This document shows, piece after piece, positions 38,901-46,768 of a stretch of 64,000 bases of DNA (positions within the stretch are counted from its first letter, which is position 1; each line of letters opens with the position of its first letter). Both the position numbers and the translations under genes were made by a program. The DNA is from an uncultured Bacilli bacterium (GTDB taxonomy: Bacteria; Bacillota_I; Bacilli_A; RF39; UBA660): contig CANRCR010000004.1 in assembly GCA_947629165.1 (NCBI GenBank), positions 4,347-68,346 on the forward strand, given 5' to 3'. The notes under the pieces were generated by a model. That model was not told the DNA's origin. It searched no databases and worked only from the letters and a program-made list of their open reading frames with translations.

Positions 38901-41266
38901 TTACCGTTGGTGGAACCAGTGAATTTATTCCTGAAGGAATGCCACTAAGTAGTAATCAAAATATAATGAATGCCCTTAATGCTCTTAAAGAAACTTCTGA
39001 CAAAGAGTTCTCACAATATAAAGTAAATGAGGATTTAGAAGAGGTAAGTGGTGACACCATTGTTAATGAGCCAATGACGATAACGGCTGCTTATAACGTT
39101 TTATTAACGATTGGTGAAGAGACTTTTGAAATTCCTGAAAACGGAAAAATTACCGATTACAATCCTCAAGAAAAGATTACAGCAGCTCTTGATAATTTAA
39201 AAACTCAAGAAACGGCTACAAACCATAACTTTAAAGGTTATTACTATACTGCTGAAGATGGAAATCATGATATAGATGTGTCCGAAACAACATTTGCAAA
39301 AAATACTACGATTTTAGCAAAATACAATATTAAGATAACGATTAAAGGTATAACCGATGATCAAAATAAAGATTTTGAGCTAGACTCAAATCAAACGTTA
39401 AAAGATATTAAAGAACAACCGGATTATCAAACAGTAACATCGAAAGCAGATAGAACATTTGCAGAAAAATTCCGTGATGAAGATGGAAATATCGTTACCG
39501 AAGAAACACCTTTTGAAGAAAATGCTATTTTAACTCCAATCTTTAATGTTAAAGTAACTATTAATGATACGGATTATTATTTAGAAGAAGGAACAGAGTT
39601 AGGTACTCCAGAAATTAAAGCAGCACTTGAAGTATTTGAAAAAGAAGATAAACAAGTACATGGCTATGTCTATGGTGAAAACACTCCAATAACTTTAACT
39701 GATAAAGTTAACGATAATATTACCATTAAACCGGTATATTATGTTAGACTTACTATTCAATATGGAAGTGAAACTATTGGTACTTTCGAGTTCTCAGAAA
39801 ACAAATCAATTGCTGACCTTGAACTTGCAACGAAAACACCTATTCAAAATGCTTTGACTACTTTAAAATCTAAAGTTGCTGCCGATGATTATAATTTCAA
39901 GAAATATGTATCCGAAGATAATACCGAATTTACTGAAAGTACTCCGGTTACTAAAAATACGACGGTAACTGCTCAGTATAATATTCAAATTACGATCGAA
40001 GGAGAAAATGGAACTGAAACCTTTGAAATCGATTCGAATGGAACTTTAGAAAATGTTAAACAAGCCGATAGCACGAAGTTTGATAATATTCAAGAAAAAT
40101 CAGAAAGAACTTTCTTATATTTCGAAGTTCAAGATGAGGATAAAACGCAACTAAAGAACGATGATAATACGTATCAATTTACGAAAAACACTAAATTAGT
40201 TTCCAAGTATGCTGTCACTGTTAAGATTGATACTAATGATTATCAACTTCTAGAGGGAACCAAACTTTCAAGCAATGCGGATATTGTTACTGCTCTAAAA
40301 CAACTTGAAAAACCAAACAAACATCTCGTTTCTTACTCAACGGATAAAGGACAAACAATCACTGTTGAAGATCTTAATAGCAAAACAGATTCCGTTATTA
40401 ATGATAATGTTACTATAACTCCAAAATATATGATTGATATTGTAATTGAGGGTGCTGAAACATTTACAAGAACAGTTGAAGAAAATACAACTTTAGGAAG
40501 TCTCGATTATACAAAACCAACAAACTTTAAGAAGTTTGTAGACGCTGAAACAGGTCTTGATATATTAGAAGAAACTCCACTTACTGAAAATACGAAAGTA
40601 AAAGCAATTTATGGTATTAAAGTAATTGCTAATGGTCATGAATACGAATTAGATTCATTCAAAACCTTTGGTGATTTAAGTGGAGCCGATGATGATTTAG
40701 ATGCCTTAAAAGAAGTACCCGCCGGCAAAGTAGCATTTAGTCGTTTTGTCTATATAAATGGGCAAGGTGTAGAAATTGAACTTAAACCGGATACCATTCT
40801 TACAACGGATATTACAGTTGTTCCTAAATTTACAATCGAATTAACTATCGTCTACACAGATGATAAAGGCGAACAAGTTGAACTTGTTAAATTAGAACTT
40901 GAAGAAGGAAAAACAATAAACGATTTAAGTGAAGAGGAACTAACTAAACTAAATGCAAAGATAAAGGAACGTGAAGAAGAATTTGAAAACGAAGGCAAAC
41001 ACGATTTCAAATTTACTAAGTTTACTATTGAAGGCGAAGATGTTGATGTTTCGATTGCTACTTTCAAAGAAAATGCAATCTTAGAAGCAATTTTCGAGTA
41101 TAAACCCGAAACAGTACCAGAAAAACCTGAGGAAGATTATCCATTTAAAGAACCTGCTCCAAATACAGGCGTAACAACGACGACCAATAACACCATGTTT
41201 ATACCACTAATTATTCTTCCTGTAATAGGTATTTTAGGCCTTAGAAAAAAATTATTTAATCATTAA
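35912..41266 (+). CDS. Cell-wall-anchored giant surface protein (1784 aa): N-terminal beta-helix-like domain plus about 18 Flg_new/Listeria-Bacteroides-type repeats and a C-terminal sorting signal
   Basis: Signal peptide; parallel beta-helix-like repeats (NNITINNTGIEGRS). The repeat signature is GW[FY]...LYAKL (YNFKGWFKNFDG...LDLYAKLV), followed by many degenerate about 85-aa KVTI repeats. C-terminus is PAPNTG, then a transmembrane helix, then RKK. Confidence 0.85.
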   Translation: MKKHKGRIISFVLFALVFLGFAAVPQVLADPIVHNVEPGTGTLKKALEDSNVNDGDIFILREGSYSGVAEEPVKITKAITLQGVGSNYRSNRATTTINVPIEIDVESPEKTVTLKGISSGIQSVSRDYMFVKVNSPVHLIMDDVSNWGILRGESNGKFGVHEATSLKVEQEADGSNIEIKNSRLSRAGTHYGINILSSNTTVTVNDSEIHGRTAINLESGSGNNITINNTGIEGRSIYYADAMAINVKEQNNLTMNLNNVDIVGTYTKDGNPDQKESIFAFSNNNNTVNLSLSEVTIEDRSKSSESVIFDFGDNATSQNIQITDNATKYLSTDNQPVTLDHKYSKGDTYAVVGTYDFEGKGEINIHAGNTEISELENPKYITKENYNFKGWFKNFDGTAYSDEYTKAGESYPQTVAGTNLDLYAKLVKVLKVKITGIPKDGGTEEKEFDVEEGETLEQSASHVDIKDALDKIKASKPDQTFQGYIVYNDKGAQTYKPEQEDVLFKELSITQDCQIEAIHQVKVTINGTEFFINSGQTLKDLKSSKPSEYDTAKMLNSKNREFSRFVDAEGQEVSEEKMLTANVELTSKFLVKVTIASQEYSIEEGQKLNSKDDIKEALESLKTVEGKRFGRFVINNEEINPDDKTLTEDATITAIYVIQVTIGESDSYTIDEGKNLNSLTAQQEEIKGKIKALENTVPMDQSFKGIAVFDTENGQDRKLYQTSQEKNIEAIAEEIMNETFSKDTKVMAEYNVKVTIKGATEDANKTFEVEIGSTLEDLTKDANASSYKEAKYRDKDEDRFSRFIDEESHTFEENKPIEANVTLTPIYFVKVTISGSQYLLEENQTIDDFTNEDAKAALAKLRTDKTDEDSNINLHFEKLVLKDSTDQTVDDKYQITKDIEIIGIYHYDVKIHEDYKDETEDKVKRYNVLEGKNLSEDDQQEAISTSLEALKNSTIASNQQFYKFYDLLSSKEYTEEELLNTIFNTHIDISAKVSYKVTVGGTSEFIPEGMPLSSNQNIMNALNALKETSDKEFSQYKVNEDLEEVSGDTIVNEPMTITAAYNVLLTIGEETFEIPENGKITDYNPQEKITAALDNLKTQETATNHNFKGYYYTAEDGNHDIDVSETTFAKNTTILAKYNIKITIKGITDDQNKDFELDSNQTLKDIKEQPDYQTVTSKADRTFAEKFRDEDGNIVTEETPFEENAILTPIFNVKVTINDTDYYLEEGTELGTPEIKAALEVFEKEDKQVHGYVYGENTPITLTDKVNDNITIKPVYYVRLTIQYGSETIGTFEFSENKSIADLELATKTPIQNALTTLKSKVAADDYNFKKYVSEDNTEFTESTPVTKNTTVTAQYNIQITIEGENGTETFEIDSNGTLENVKQADSTKFDNIQEKSERTFLYFEVQDEDKTQLKNDDNTYQFTKNTKLVSKYAVTVKIDTNDYQLLEGTKLSSNADIVTALKQLEKPNKHLVSYSTDKGQTITVEDLNSKTDSVINDNVTITPKYMIDIVIEGAETFTRTVEENTTLGSLDYTKPTNFKKFVDAETGLDILEETPLTENTKVKAIYGIKVIANGHEYELDSFKTFGDLSGADDDLDALKEVPAGKVAFSRFVYINGQGVEIELKPDTILTTDITVVPKFTIELTIVYTDDKGEQVELVKLELEEGKTINDLSEEELTKLNAKIKEREEEFENEGKHDFKFTKFTIEGEDVDVSIATFKENAILEAIFEYKPETVPEKPEEDYPFKEPAPNTGVTTTTNNTMFIPLIILPVIGILGLRKKLFNH

Positions 41267-41277
41267 TAACTAAAAAA

Positions 41278-41304
41278 AGACAAAGAAAAGCTCTTTGTCT
41301 TTTT
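41278..41304. terminator. Bidirectional rho-independent terminator between convergent genes
   Basis: Stem AGACAAAGA, loop AAAGC, stem TCTTTGTCT, flanked by an A-run and a T-run. Confidence 0.75.
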
Positions 41305-41324
41305 CAGTTGAAGAGAAAAACTTC

Positions 41325-41483
41325 TTAACAGCAGTTGTTATTTCCTCTTGAACTGCAATTATTATTTCCCCAGAATAAGAAAATAACAATAAATATAATA
41401 ATGACTATCCATAGCCAACTACCAGAATTATTGTTATCGCCATAACTAGGGCACCCATAAACGGGATATCCATATCCGTACAT
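41325..41483 (-). CDS. YjcZ-like small sporulation protein (52 aa)
   Basis: MYGYGYPVYGCPSYG... Gly/Tyr-rich N-terminus followed by a hydrophobic helix, characteristic of the YjcZ family. RBS GGGAGAA 9 nt upstream of the internal ATG. CATATATTA (sigK-like -10) lies upstream. Confidence 0.6.
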   Translation of the reverse strand: MYGYGYPVYGCPSYGDNNNSGSWLWIVIIIFIVIFLFWGNNNCSSRGNNNCC

Positions 41484-41641
41484 AATATCTATTCTCCCTT
41501 CCCTATAATATATGGGAAAGAAAAAAAGGGCACTACAACAAATACCTATCCGTTTTTTCATTGACAACGCATAGACACCACGGACGATGCTTTTATTTGA
41601 CTTCTTTTAAGCGATATACTATGATTAAATTAGGTGATTAT

Positions 41642-42484
41642 ATGCTAGTAAATGCTCAAAAAATGTTAGAAGAAGCGAAAAGAAATCATTATGCTGTACC
41701 ACATTTCAATATCAATAATTTGGAATGGACAAGATATATTTTAGAAGTGGCTGAAGAACTTCATACACCACTTATTTTAGGTGTATCCGAAGGCGCTATG
41801 AGATACATGGGTGGATTTGATGTCGTTTATGGAATGGTAACAAATTTAATGAAAGATTTACATATAACGACGGATATTTGTTTACATGTCGATCATGGTT
41901 CTTCGTTCGAAGTATGTAAAAGTGCCATCGATGCTGGATTTACTTCGGTAATGATCGACGGAAGTAAATTTTCACTCGATGAAAATATTCGGATTACGAA
42001 AGAAGTCGTTAACTATGCCCATGCGAAAAATGTTACGGTCGAAGGTGAAATTGGTGCTATCGGAGGAGAAGAAGATGGTCTTGCCAACGAATTACTATAC
42101 GCCAAGTTTGATGACTGTATAAAATTTTATAATGAAACAAAAGTAGATTTATTAGCACCTGCCCTAGGAAGCGTTCATGGTCTTTATAAAGGTGAACCAA
42201 AACTCGATTTTGAAACGATGCGACGGTTAAATGAGGCATTACCGATTCCACTTGTTCTTCATGGAGGAAGTGGCATCCCCGACGAACTAATTCAAAAGGC
42301 GATTGCTGCTGGAATCAGTAAGATTAATGTGAATACCGAACTACAAATTGCTTGGCACGATGCCGTAATAGAATTTGTTAAAGAACATCCTGAAAAATAC
42401 GATCCTCGTAAAGTGATTGGTAGTGGAGAAGAAGCTATGAAAAATGCCATCCGTCAAAAAATTCAATTATTTCAACAAAAATAG
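41642..42484 (+). CDS. fba: Fructose-bisphosphate aldolase class II
   Basis: HFNINNLEW, GVSEGAMRYMGGF and HLDHG motifs. Start trimmed to MLVNAQKMLEEAK, which aligns with FbaA. Confidence 0.9.
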   Translation: MLVNAQKMLEEAKRNHYAVPHFNINNLEWTRYILEVAEELHTPLILGVSEGAMRYMGGFDVVYGMVTNLMKDLHITTDICLHVDHGSSFEVCKSAIDAGFTSVMIDGSKFSLDENIRITKEVVNYAHAKNVTVEGEIGAIGGEEDGLANELLYAKFDDCIKFYNETKVDLLAPALGSVHGLYKGEPKLDFETMRRLNEALPIPLVLHGGSGIPDELIQKAIAAGISKINVNTELQIAWHDAVIEFVKEHPEKYDPRKVIGSGEEAMKNAIRQKIQLFQQK

Positions 42485-42537
42485 GGACAAAAACCCTATT
42501 AATTAATAAAATATAATGATAAATACGGAGGTAAAAA

Positions 42538-43794
42538 ATGAAAGCGATCAAGATTGTCGGTGGAAAAACCCTTTCTGGTTCCATTCGTATTAGTGGTGCA
42601 AAAAACAGTGCCGTAGCTCTTATTCCTGCGGCCATTTTAGCAAGCGATAAAGTCACCATATGCAATGTTCCAGAAATAACCGATACCGATGCTTTAAGTG
42701 AAATATTGGAATATTTAGGAGCCAAAGTAAATCGTGCAAGTGAAAGTATGGTCATTGATCCAAGTACGATTACGAACAAAGAAATTCCTTCTAGTATTTC
42801 CAAAAAATTAAGAGCATCGTATTATTTTATGGGAGCCCTGTTAGGAAAATATAAAAAAGTTAGTATGTATTTCCCAGGAGGATGTTCGATTGGAAAACGT
42901 CCCATTAATCTCCATTTAAAAGGATTTGAAGCCCTAGGAGCAACGGTCACAATCGAAAATGATTTATACAAAGTCGAAGCGAAAGAATTAAAAGGGAATC
43001 AGATTTATCTCGATATTGCTTCGGTCGGAGCGACTATTAATATCATGTTAGCGGCTGTTCTTGCCAAAGGGGAGACCGTTATCGATAATGCAGCCAAAGA
43101 ACCAGAAATCGTAAATGTAGCCACCTTCTTAAATAATATGGGCGCTCACATTAGTGGAGCGGGTACTTCTAAAATTATTATAAAAGGTGTTACCGAATTA
43201 AAAGGATGCTTCCACGAAGTGATTCCAGACCGAATTGAAGCAGGCACTTATGCTATTATGGGTGCCTTATGTGGATCTTATCTAAAAATAGATAACATTA
43301 TTCCTAAACATTTAGAATCGTTACTTTTAAAATTTGAAGAAATGGGAGTCGATACTGAAGTAGGAGAAGATTATATTAGTATCAGTAAACCAAATAATTA
43401 TAAACCAACCTCGATTAAGACAATGGTATATCCTGGTTTTCCTACCGACTTACAACAACCGTTTACCGTTTTATTAACGCAAAGCAAAGGAACTTCGAGT
43501 GTCGAAGAAACCATATTTGAAAATCGTTTTATGCACGTTCCTTATTTAAATAAAATGGGAGCTAATATTGTAACTGCGGGAAATAAAGCCTCGATTAAAG
43601 GACCGACACCTTTAACTGGATGTGAAGTAGAAGCAACCGATTTGCGAGCAGGTGCCGCATTGGTGGTAGCCGCCTTAGTAGCCGATGGAGAAACAATTAT
43701 TACGAATGTCGAACATATTTTAAGAGGATACGAGGAAATAGTAGAAAAATTGACAAATGTAGGTGCTAAAATAGAGATCGTTGAAATAGACTAA
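42538..43794 (+). CDS. murA: UDP-N-acetylglucosamine 1-carboxyvinyltransferase
   Basis: 418 aa beginning MKAIKIVGGKTLSGSIRISGAKNSAVALIPAAILA; active-site Cys in FPGGCSIGKRPI. Confidence 0.95.
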   Translation: MKAIKIVGGKTLSGSIRISGAKNSAVALIPAAILASDKVTICNVPEITDTDALSEILEYLGAKVNRASESMVIDPSTITNKEIPSSISKKLRASYYFMGALLGKYKKVSMYFPGGCSIGKRPINLHLKGFEALGATVTIENDLYKVEAKELKGNQIYLDIASVGATINIMLAAVLAKGETVIDNAAKEPEIVNVATFLNNMGAHISGAGTSKIIIKGVTELKGCFHEVIPDRIEAGTYAIMGALCGSYLKIDNIIPKHLESLLLKFEEMGVDTEVGEDYISISKPNNYKPTSIKTMVYPGFPTDLQQPFTVLLTQSKGTSSVEETIFENRFMHVPYLNKMGANIVTAGNKASIKGPTPLTGCEVEATDLRAGAALVVAALVADGETIITNVEHILRGYEEIVEKLTNVGAKIEIVEID

Positions 43795-43831
43795 ACTATG
43801 AAACGAATCTCTTTTTTTTGGGAGGGAACCT

Positions 43832-44587
43832 ATGTTTAAAAAAATCTGGAAGTACCGTAAACCACTTATTTTATTTTTAACGCTTTCTAGTGTGTTTTTT
43901 ATTTATAAAACAGCTGGTGATGATCGGATACGTTATGTCGCGTTAGGAGATTCTCTTGCGGCAGGACAAAATCCCTATGGAGAAATTAATTACGGATATG
44001 TAGATTATGTCGCCAACTATTTAAACAAAAATCATCTATTAAAAGAATTTATAAAAGATTTTACAATGAGTGGAGCTCGTACCAAAGATATTATAAACGA
44101 TATTAATGGAGGGAAGACCAAACGGATAAATCAAAAAGAAATAAATCTAAAATACGCACTAAGAGAAGCCAATTTAGTTACTGTTTCGATTGGTGCCAAC
44201 GATTTTTTAGAACAATTGACCTCTCAAGGATATAACTCCGCTCCTTCGTTAGAGGATTTGAAAGATTTAGTAGATACGGTCTTTATCGATATTGAACAAA
44301 CCTTATCCCTAATACGTCAATTTGCCAAAGGACAAGTGATTGTGGTCGGTTACTATAATCCCTTCCCGAACCAGTATCTAAAAAATGCCAAAGAAATCGA
44401 TACCTTATTTGCCTATATCAAAGATAAATATCAACAAGTTTGTGCAAAATATAAAATCGATTACGTCGATATATATGAATGTATAAAAAAAGATGCCAGT
44501 TATTTACCTAATCCGTTCGATATCCATCCGAATGCCAAAGGATATGAAGCGATTGCCAACGAGATAATTCGTTTCCTCGAGTCTTAA
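43832..44587 (+). CDS. SGNH/GDSL-family hydrolase with N-terminal membrane anchor
   Basis: GDS motif (VALGDSLAAG) and a C-terminal DxxH block (DIHPN). Confidence 0.75.
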   Translation: MFKKIWKYRKPLILFLTLSSVFFIYKTAGDDRIRYVALGDSLAAGQNPYGEINYGYVDYVANYLNKNHLLKEFIKDFTMSGARTKDIINDINGGKTKRINQKEINLKYALREANLVTVSIGANDFLEQLTSQGYNSAPSLEDLKDLVDTVFIDIEQTLSLIRQFAKGQVIVVGYYNPFPNQYLKNAKEIDTLFAYIKDKYQQVCAKYKIDYVDIYECIKKDASYLPNPFDIHPNAKGYEAIANEIIRFLES

Positions 44588-44613
44588 ATAAAGATAAAAA
44601 CAAGAAAAACACT

Positions 44614-44642
44614 TGCGTACCTTAAAAATAATTGCTATAATA
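44614..44642 (+). promoter_or_regulatory. Sigma-A type promoter of rpmE (TTGCGT, 17 nt, TATAAT)
   Basis: Hexamers at 44614-44619 and 44637-44642. The leader contains palindrome ATGATGAA-AA-TTCATCAT (44662-44679). Confidence 0.5.
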
Positions 44643-44698
44643 AGTTAGCAAATGAATTACTATGATGAAAATTCATCATGGCGGAAGGAGAGATAGAA

Positions 44699-44917
44699 AT
44701 GAAAAAAGGAATCCATCCTGAATACAAAGATGCAAAAGTAGTATGTGCTTGTGGAAATACTTTCATGACGAAATCTACGAAAGAAGAAATCGATGTTGAA
44801 GTATGTTCTAAATGTCATCCGTTCTATACAGGAAAACAATCTCGTACATCAAAAGCTGGAAGAGTTGATAAATTTAACAAAAAATATGGATTTGATAAAG
44901 AAGAAAAAGCCGCTTAA
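44699..44917 (+). CDS. rpmE: 50S ribosomal protein L31 (zinc-binding C+ form)
   Basis: MKKGIHPEY start and CxxC...CxxC (CACGNT...CSKCHPF). The ORF-track N-terminal extension is rejected. Confidence 0.9.
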   Translation: MKKGIHPEYKDAKVVCACGNTFMTKSTKEEIDVEVCSKCHPFYTGKQSRTSKAGRVDKFNKKYGFDKEEKAA

Positions 44918-44932
44918 TCAAGCGTTTTTTTT
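44911..44932 (+). terminator. Rho-independent terminator after rpmE
   Basis: Stem CGCTT, loop AATC, stem AAGCG, then T8; stop codon in loop. Confidence 0.65.
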
Positions 44933-44998
44933 ATGATAAAATAGTTATAAATAGGGAATTCGTGTTATAATAAAAGAAGAGTAGAAAGAAGGAATAAA

Positions 44999-45553
44999 AT
45001 GAAGATTGGAATCGCTAGTGATCATCGTGGTCTTTTTCTAAAAACAAAGTTAATAAAATATTTAATAAAAAAGAAATACGAAGTAATTGACTATGGAACA
45101 AATTCGAAAGAAAGCGTCGATTATCCTCAATTTGGCTTTCGCTTAGGAGAAGCAGTAGTAACGAAAGAAGTCGATTTTGGAATTGCTGTTTGTGGCAGTG
45201 GAATAGGTATTTCCATTGCTTGCAATAAAGTTGAAGGTGTTCGTTGTGCGAAAGTAGATCAGCCGAAGGAAGCCATTGCGACAAGAAAAGATAACGATGC
45301 CAATATTTTAGCACTAAATGGTAGTATGCCCGTGTTTAAAGCTTTAGATATTGTGGATGCTTTTTTTAAAACAAATTTTTCAAACGAACCAAGACATCAA
45401 AGAAGAATCAATCAAATTCATGCTTATGAAAAAGAAAAAAATAAAGTAGAAACCAAAGAAGAAATAGAGCCAAAAGAAGAACAACAACCCGTATCTTATG
45501 AAGATTTTATTGAAGTTGAAGTGACGAGAGAAGGAACGGAAGATGAGCGCTAA
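44999..45553 (+). CDS. rpiB: Ribose-5-phosphate isomerase B (RpiB/LacAB family) with an unusual 35-aa charged C-terminal extension
   Basis: MKIGIASDHRG and CGSGIGISIACNK motifs; tail EPRHQRR...EGTEDER is beyond the usual roughly 150-aa length. Confidence 0.85.
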   Translation: MKIGIASDHRGLFLKTKLIKYLIKKKYEVIDYGTNSKESVDYPQFGFRLGEAVVTKEVDFGIAVCGSGIGISIACNKVEGVRCAKVDQPKEAIATRKDNDANILALNGSMPVFKALDIVDAFFKTNFSNEPRHQRRINQIHAYEKEKNKVETKEEIEPKEEQQPVSYEDFIEVEVTREGTEDER

Positions 45554-45743
45554 ATTTCTTTTATACTTAGTGATGACACCACTCGTTTTATGGAGTTTAG
45601 AAGCGGTTAATATAAATGGAATTTTTAAAAAGAATCGCGTCGTTCAAGCACGTATCTTTTACTTCTTATTAGGATTTGCTTTAATTTATTTAACAACAAA
45701 TTTTATTTATGATATTTTTGAATCCTCGAAAATAATCTTTTAA
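45543..45743 (+). CDS. Small membrane protein, DUF1146 (YwzB-like)
   Basis: 66 aa, two transmembrane helices. The family is conserved near murA/spoIID in Bacilli. Confidence 0.5.
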   Translation: MSAKFLLYLVMTPLVLWSLEAVNINGIFKKNRVVQARIFYFLLGFALIYLTTNFIYDIFESSKIIF

Positions 45744-45797
45744 ATGATGTATATTTTTTTATCTTTCGTTCAAACTCTTAATGAGGTGGAAAAAAAG

Positions 45798-46430
45798 ATG
45801 AAAAAAAGATTGAAATTGAAAGCATTTGTATTACCGATGATCTATACGACGGCAACATTAGTAATTGTTTTAAGTGCTTTCTTCTTAACGAATGCATTAC
45901 AAAGTGTACAACCGGAAGAAGAAGACTTAACCTATGTATCCAATGTGGTAGCAGAGCAAGAGGTCCCAGTCGTTAATACGGAAAAGACGATTATTCGTCC
46001 GTATAGCGATTCGGCAGTTACCATCGCGCGTTATTTTTATGATTCCAAAGCGGAACAAGAAAAACAGCAAAACGCTTTGATTTATTATGAAAATACGTAT
46101 ATGCAAAACTCTGGAGCCGATTATACGCTCGATACAACCTTTGATGTATTAGCCGTACTCGATGGAACAGTACTATCCGTCGAAGACAACGAACTTTTAG
46201 GTAAAACAGTCAAAATTCGTCACGAAAACGATTTGATTAGTGTATATCAAAGTTTAAGTGAAGTAGCTGTAAAGAAAGACGATACCGTAACACAAGGACA
46301 AATGATCGGTAAGAGTGGAACCAATACCCTCGATAGTAATCTTGGAAATCATTTACATTTTGAAATATACTATCAAGGACAAGTAATGGATCCCGAAGCA
46401 ATCTACAACAAAAAAATGAGTGATTTATAG
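45798..46430 (+). CDS. SpoIIQ-like membrane-anchored LytM (M23) domain protein
   Basis: Single N-terminal transmembrane segment plus a LytM domain with HxH (GNHLHFEIY). Sits directly upstream of spoIIID-mbl. RBS GAGGTGG; start trimmed to MKKRLKLK. Confidence 0.6.
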   Translation: MKKRLKLKAFVLPMIYTTATLVIVLSAFFLTNALQSVQPEEEDLTYVSNVVAEQEVPVVNTEKTIIRPYSDSAVTIARYFYDSKAEQEKQQNALIYYENTYMQNSGADYTLDTTFDVLAVLDGTVLSVEDNELLGKTVKIRHENDLISVYQSLSEVAVKKDDTVTQGQMIGKSGTNTLDSNLGNHLHFEIYYQGQVMDPEAIYNKKMSDL

Positions 46431-46485
46431 GCGTAAAGCCTTTTTTTCTTCATAAAACAAGGTGCTAAATTATAAACTTTATTAG

Positions 46486-46755
46486 GTGATAAAGTTGAAA
46501 AAAGAGATGAAAGAAAGAGTTTTACAGGAAGCCTTATATATGGAGAAAACCAAAGAAACGATTCGTGCGATTGCAAGCCATTTTAATGTTTCGAAAAGTA
46601 CCGTCCATAAAGATTTAAAAGAAAGATTAACTGATATTGACTTGGAACTGGCTTCTCGAATTAGCTCCATTTTAAATCATCATAAAGAAGAAAGACATAT
46701 TCGGGGAGGAGAATCGACGAAAAAGAAATATATGGAAATGAAAATAAAAAAGTAG
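46486..46755 (+). CDS. spoIIID: Stage III sporulation protein D (SpoIIID), HTH transcription factor
   Basis: VSKSTVHKDL HTH and ILNHHKEERHIRGGESTKKKY closely match SpoIIID. The start is probably TTG at 46495 (AGGTGA 5 nt upstream). Confidence 0.9.
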   Translation: MIKLKKEMKERVLQEALYMEKTKETIRAIASHFNVSKSTVHKDLKERLTDIDLELASRISSILNHHKEERHIRGGESTKKKYMEMKIKK

Positions 46756-46768
46756 AAGGAGATATAAC

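Noticed and set aside
44662-44679. Zur or Fur box upstream of rpmE
   Set aside because: The 8-2-8 palindrome does not match the 7-1-7 Fur-family box consensus. The encoded L31 is the zinc-binding form, which is not usually Zur-regulated.
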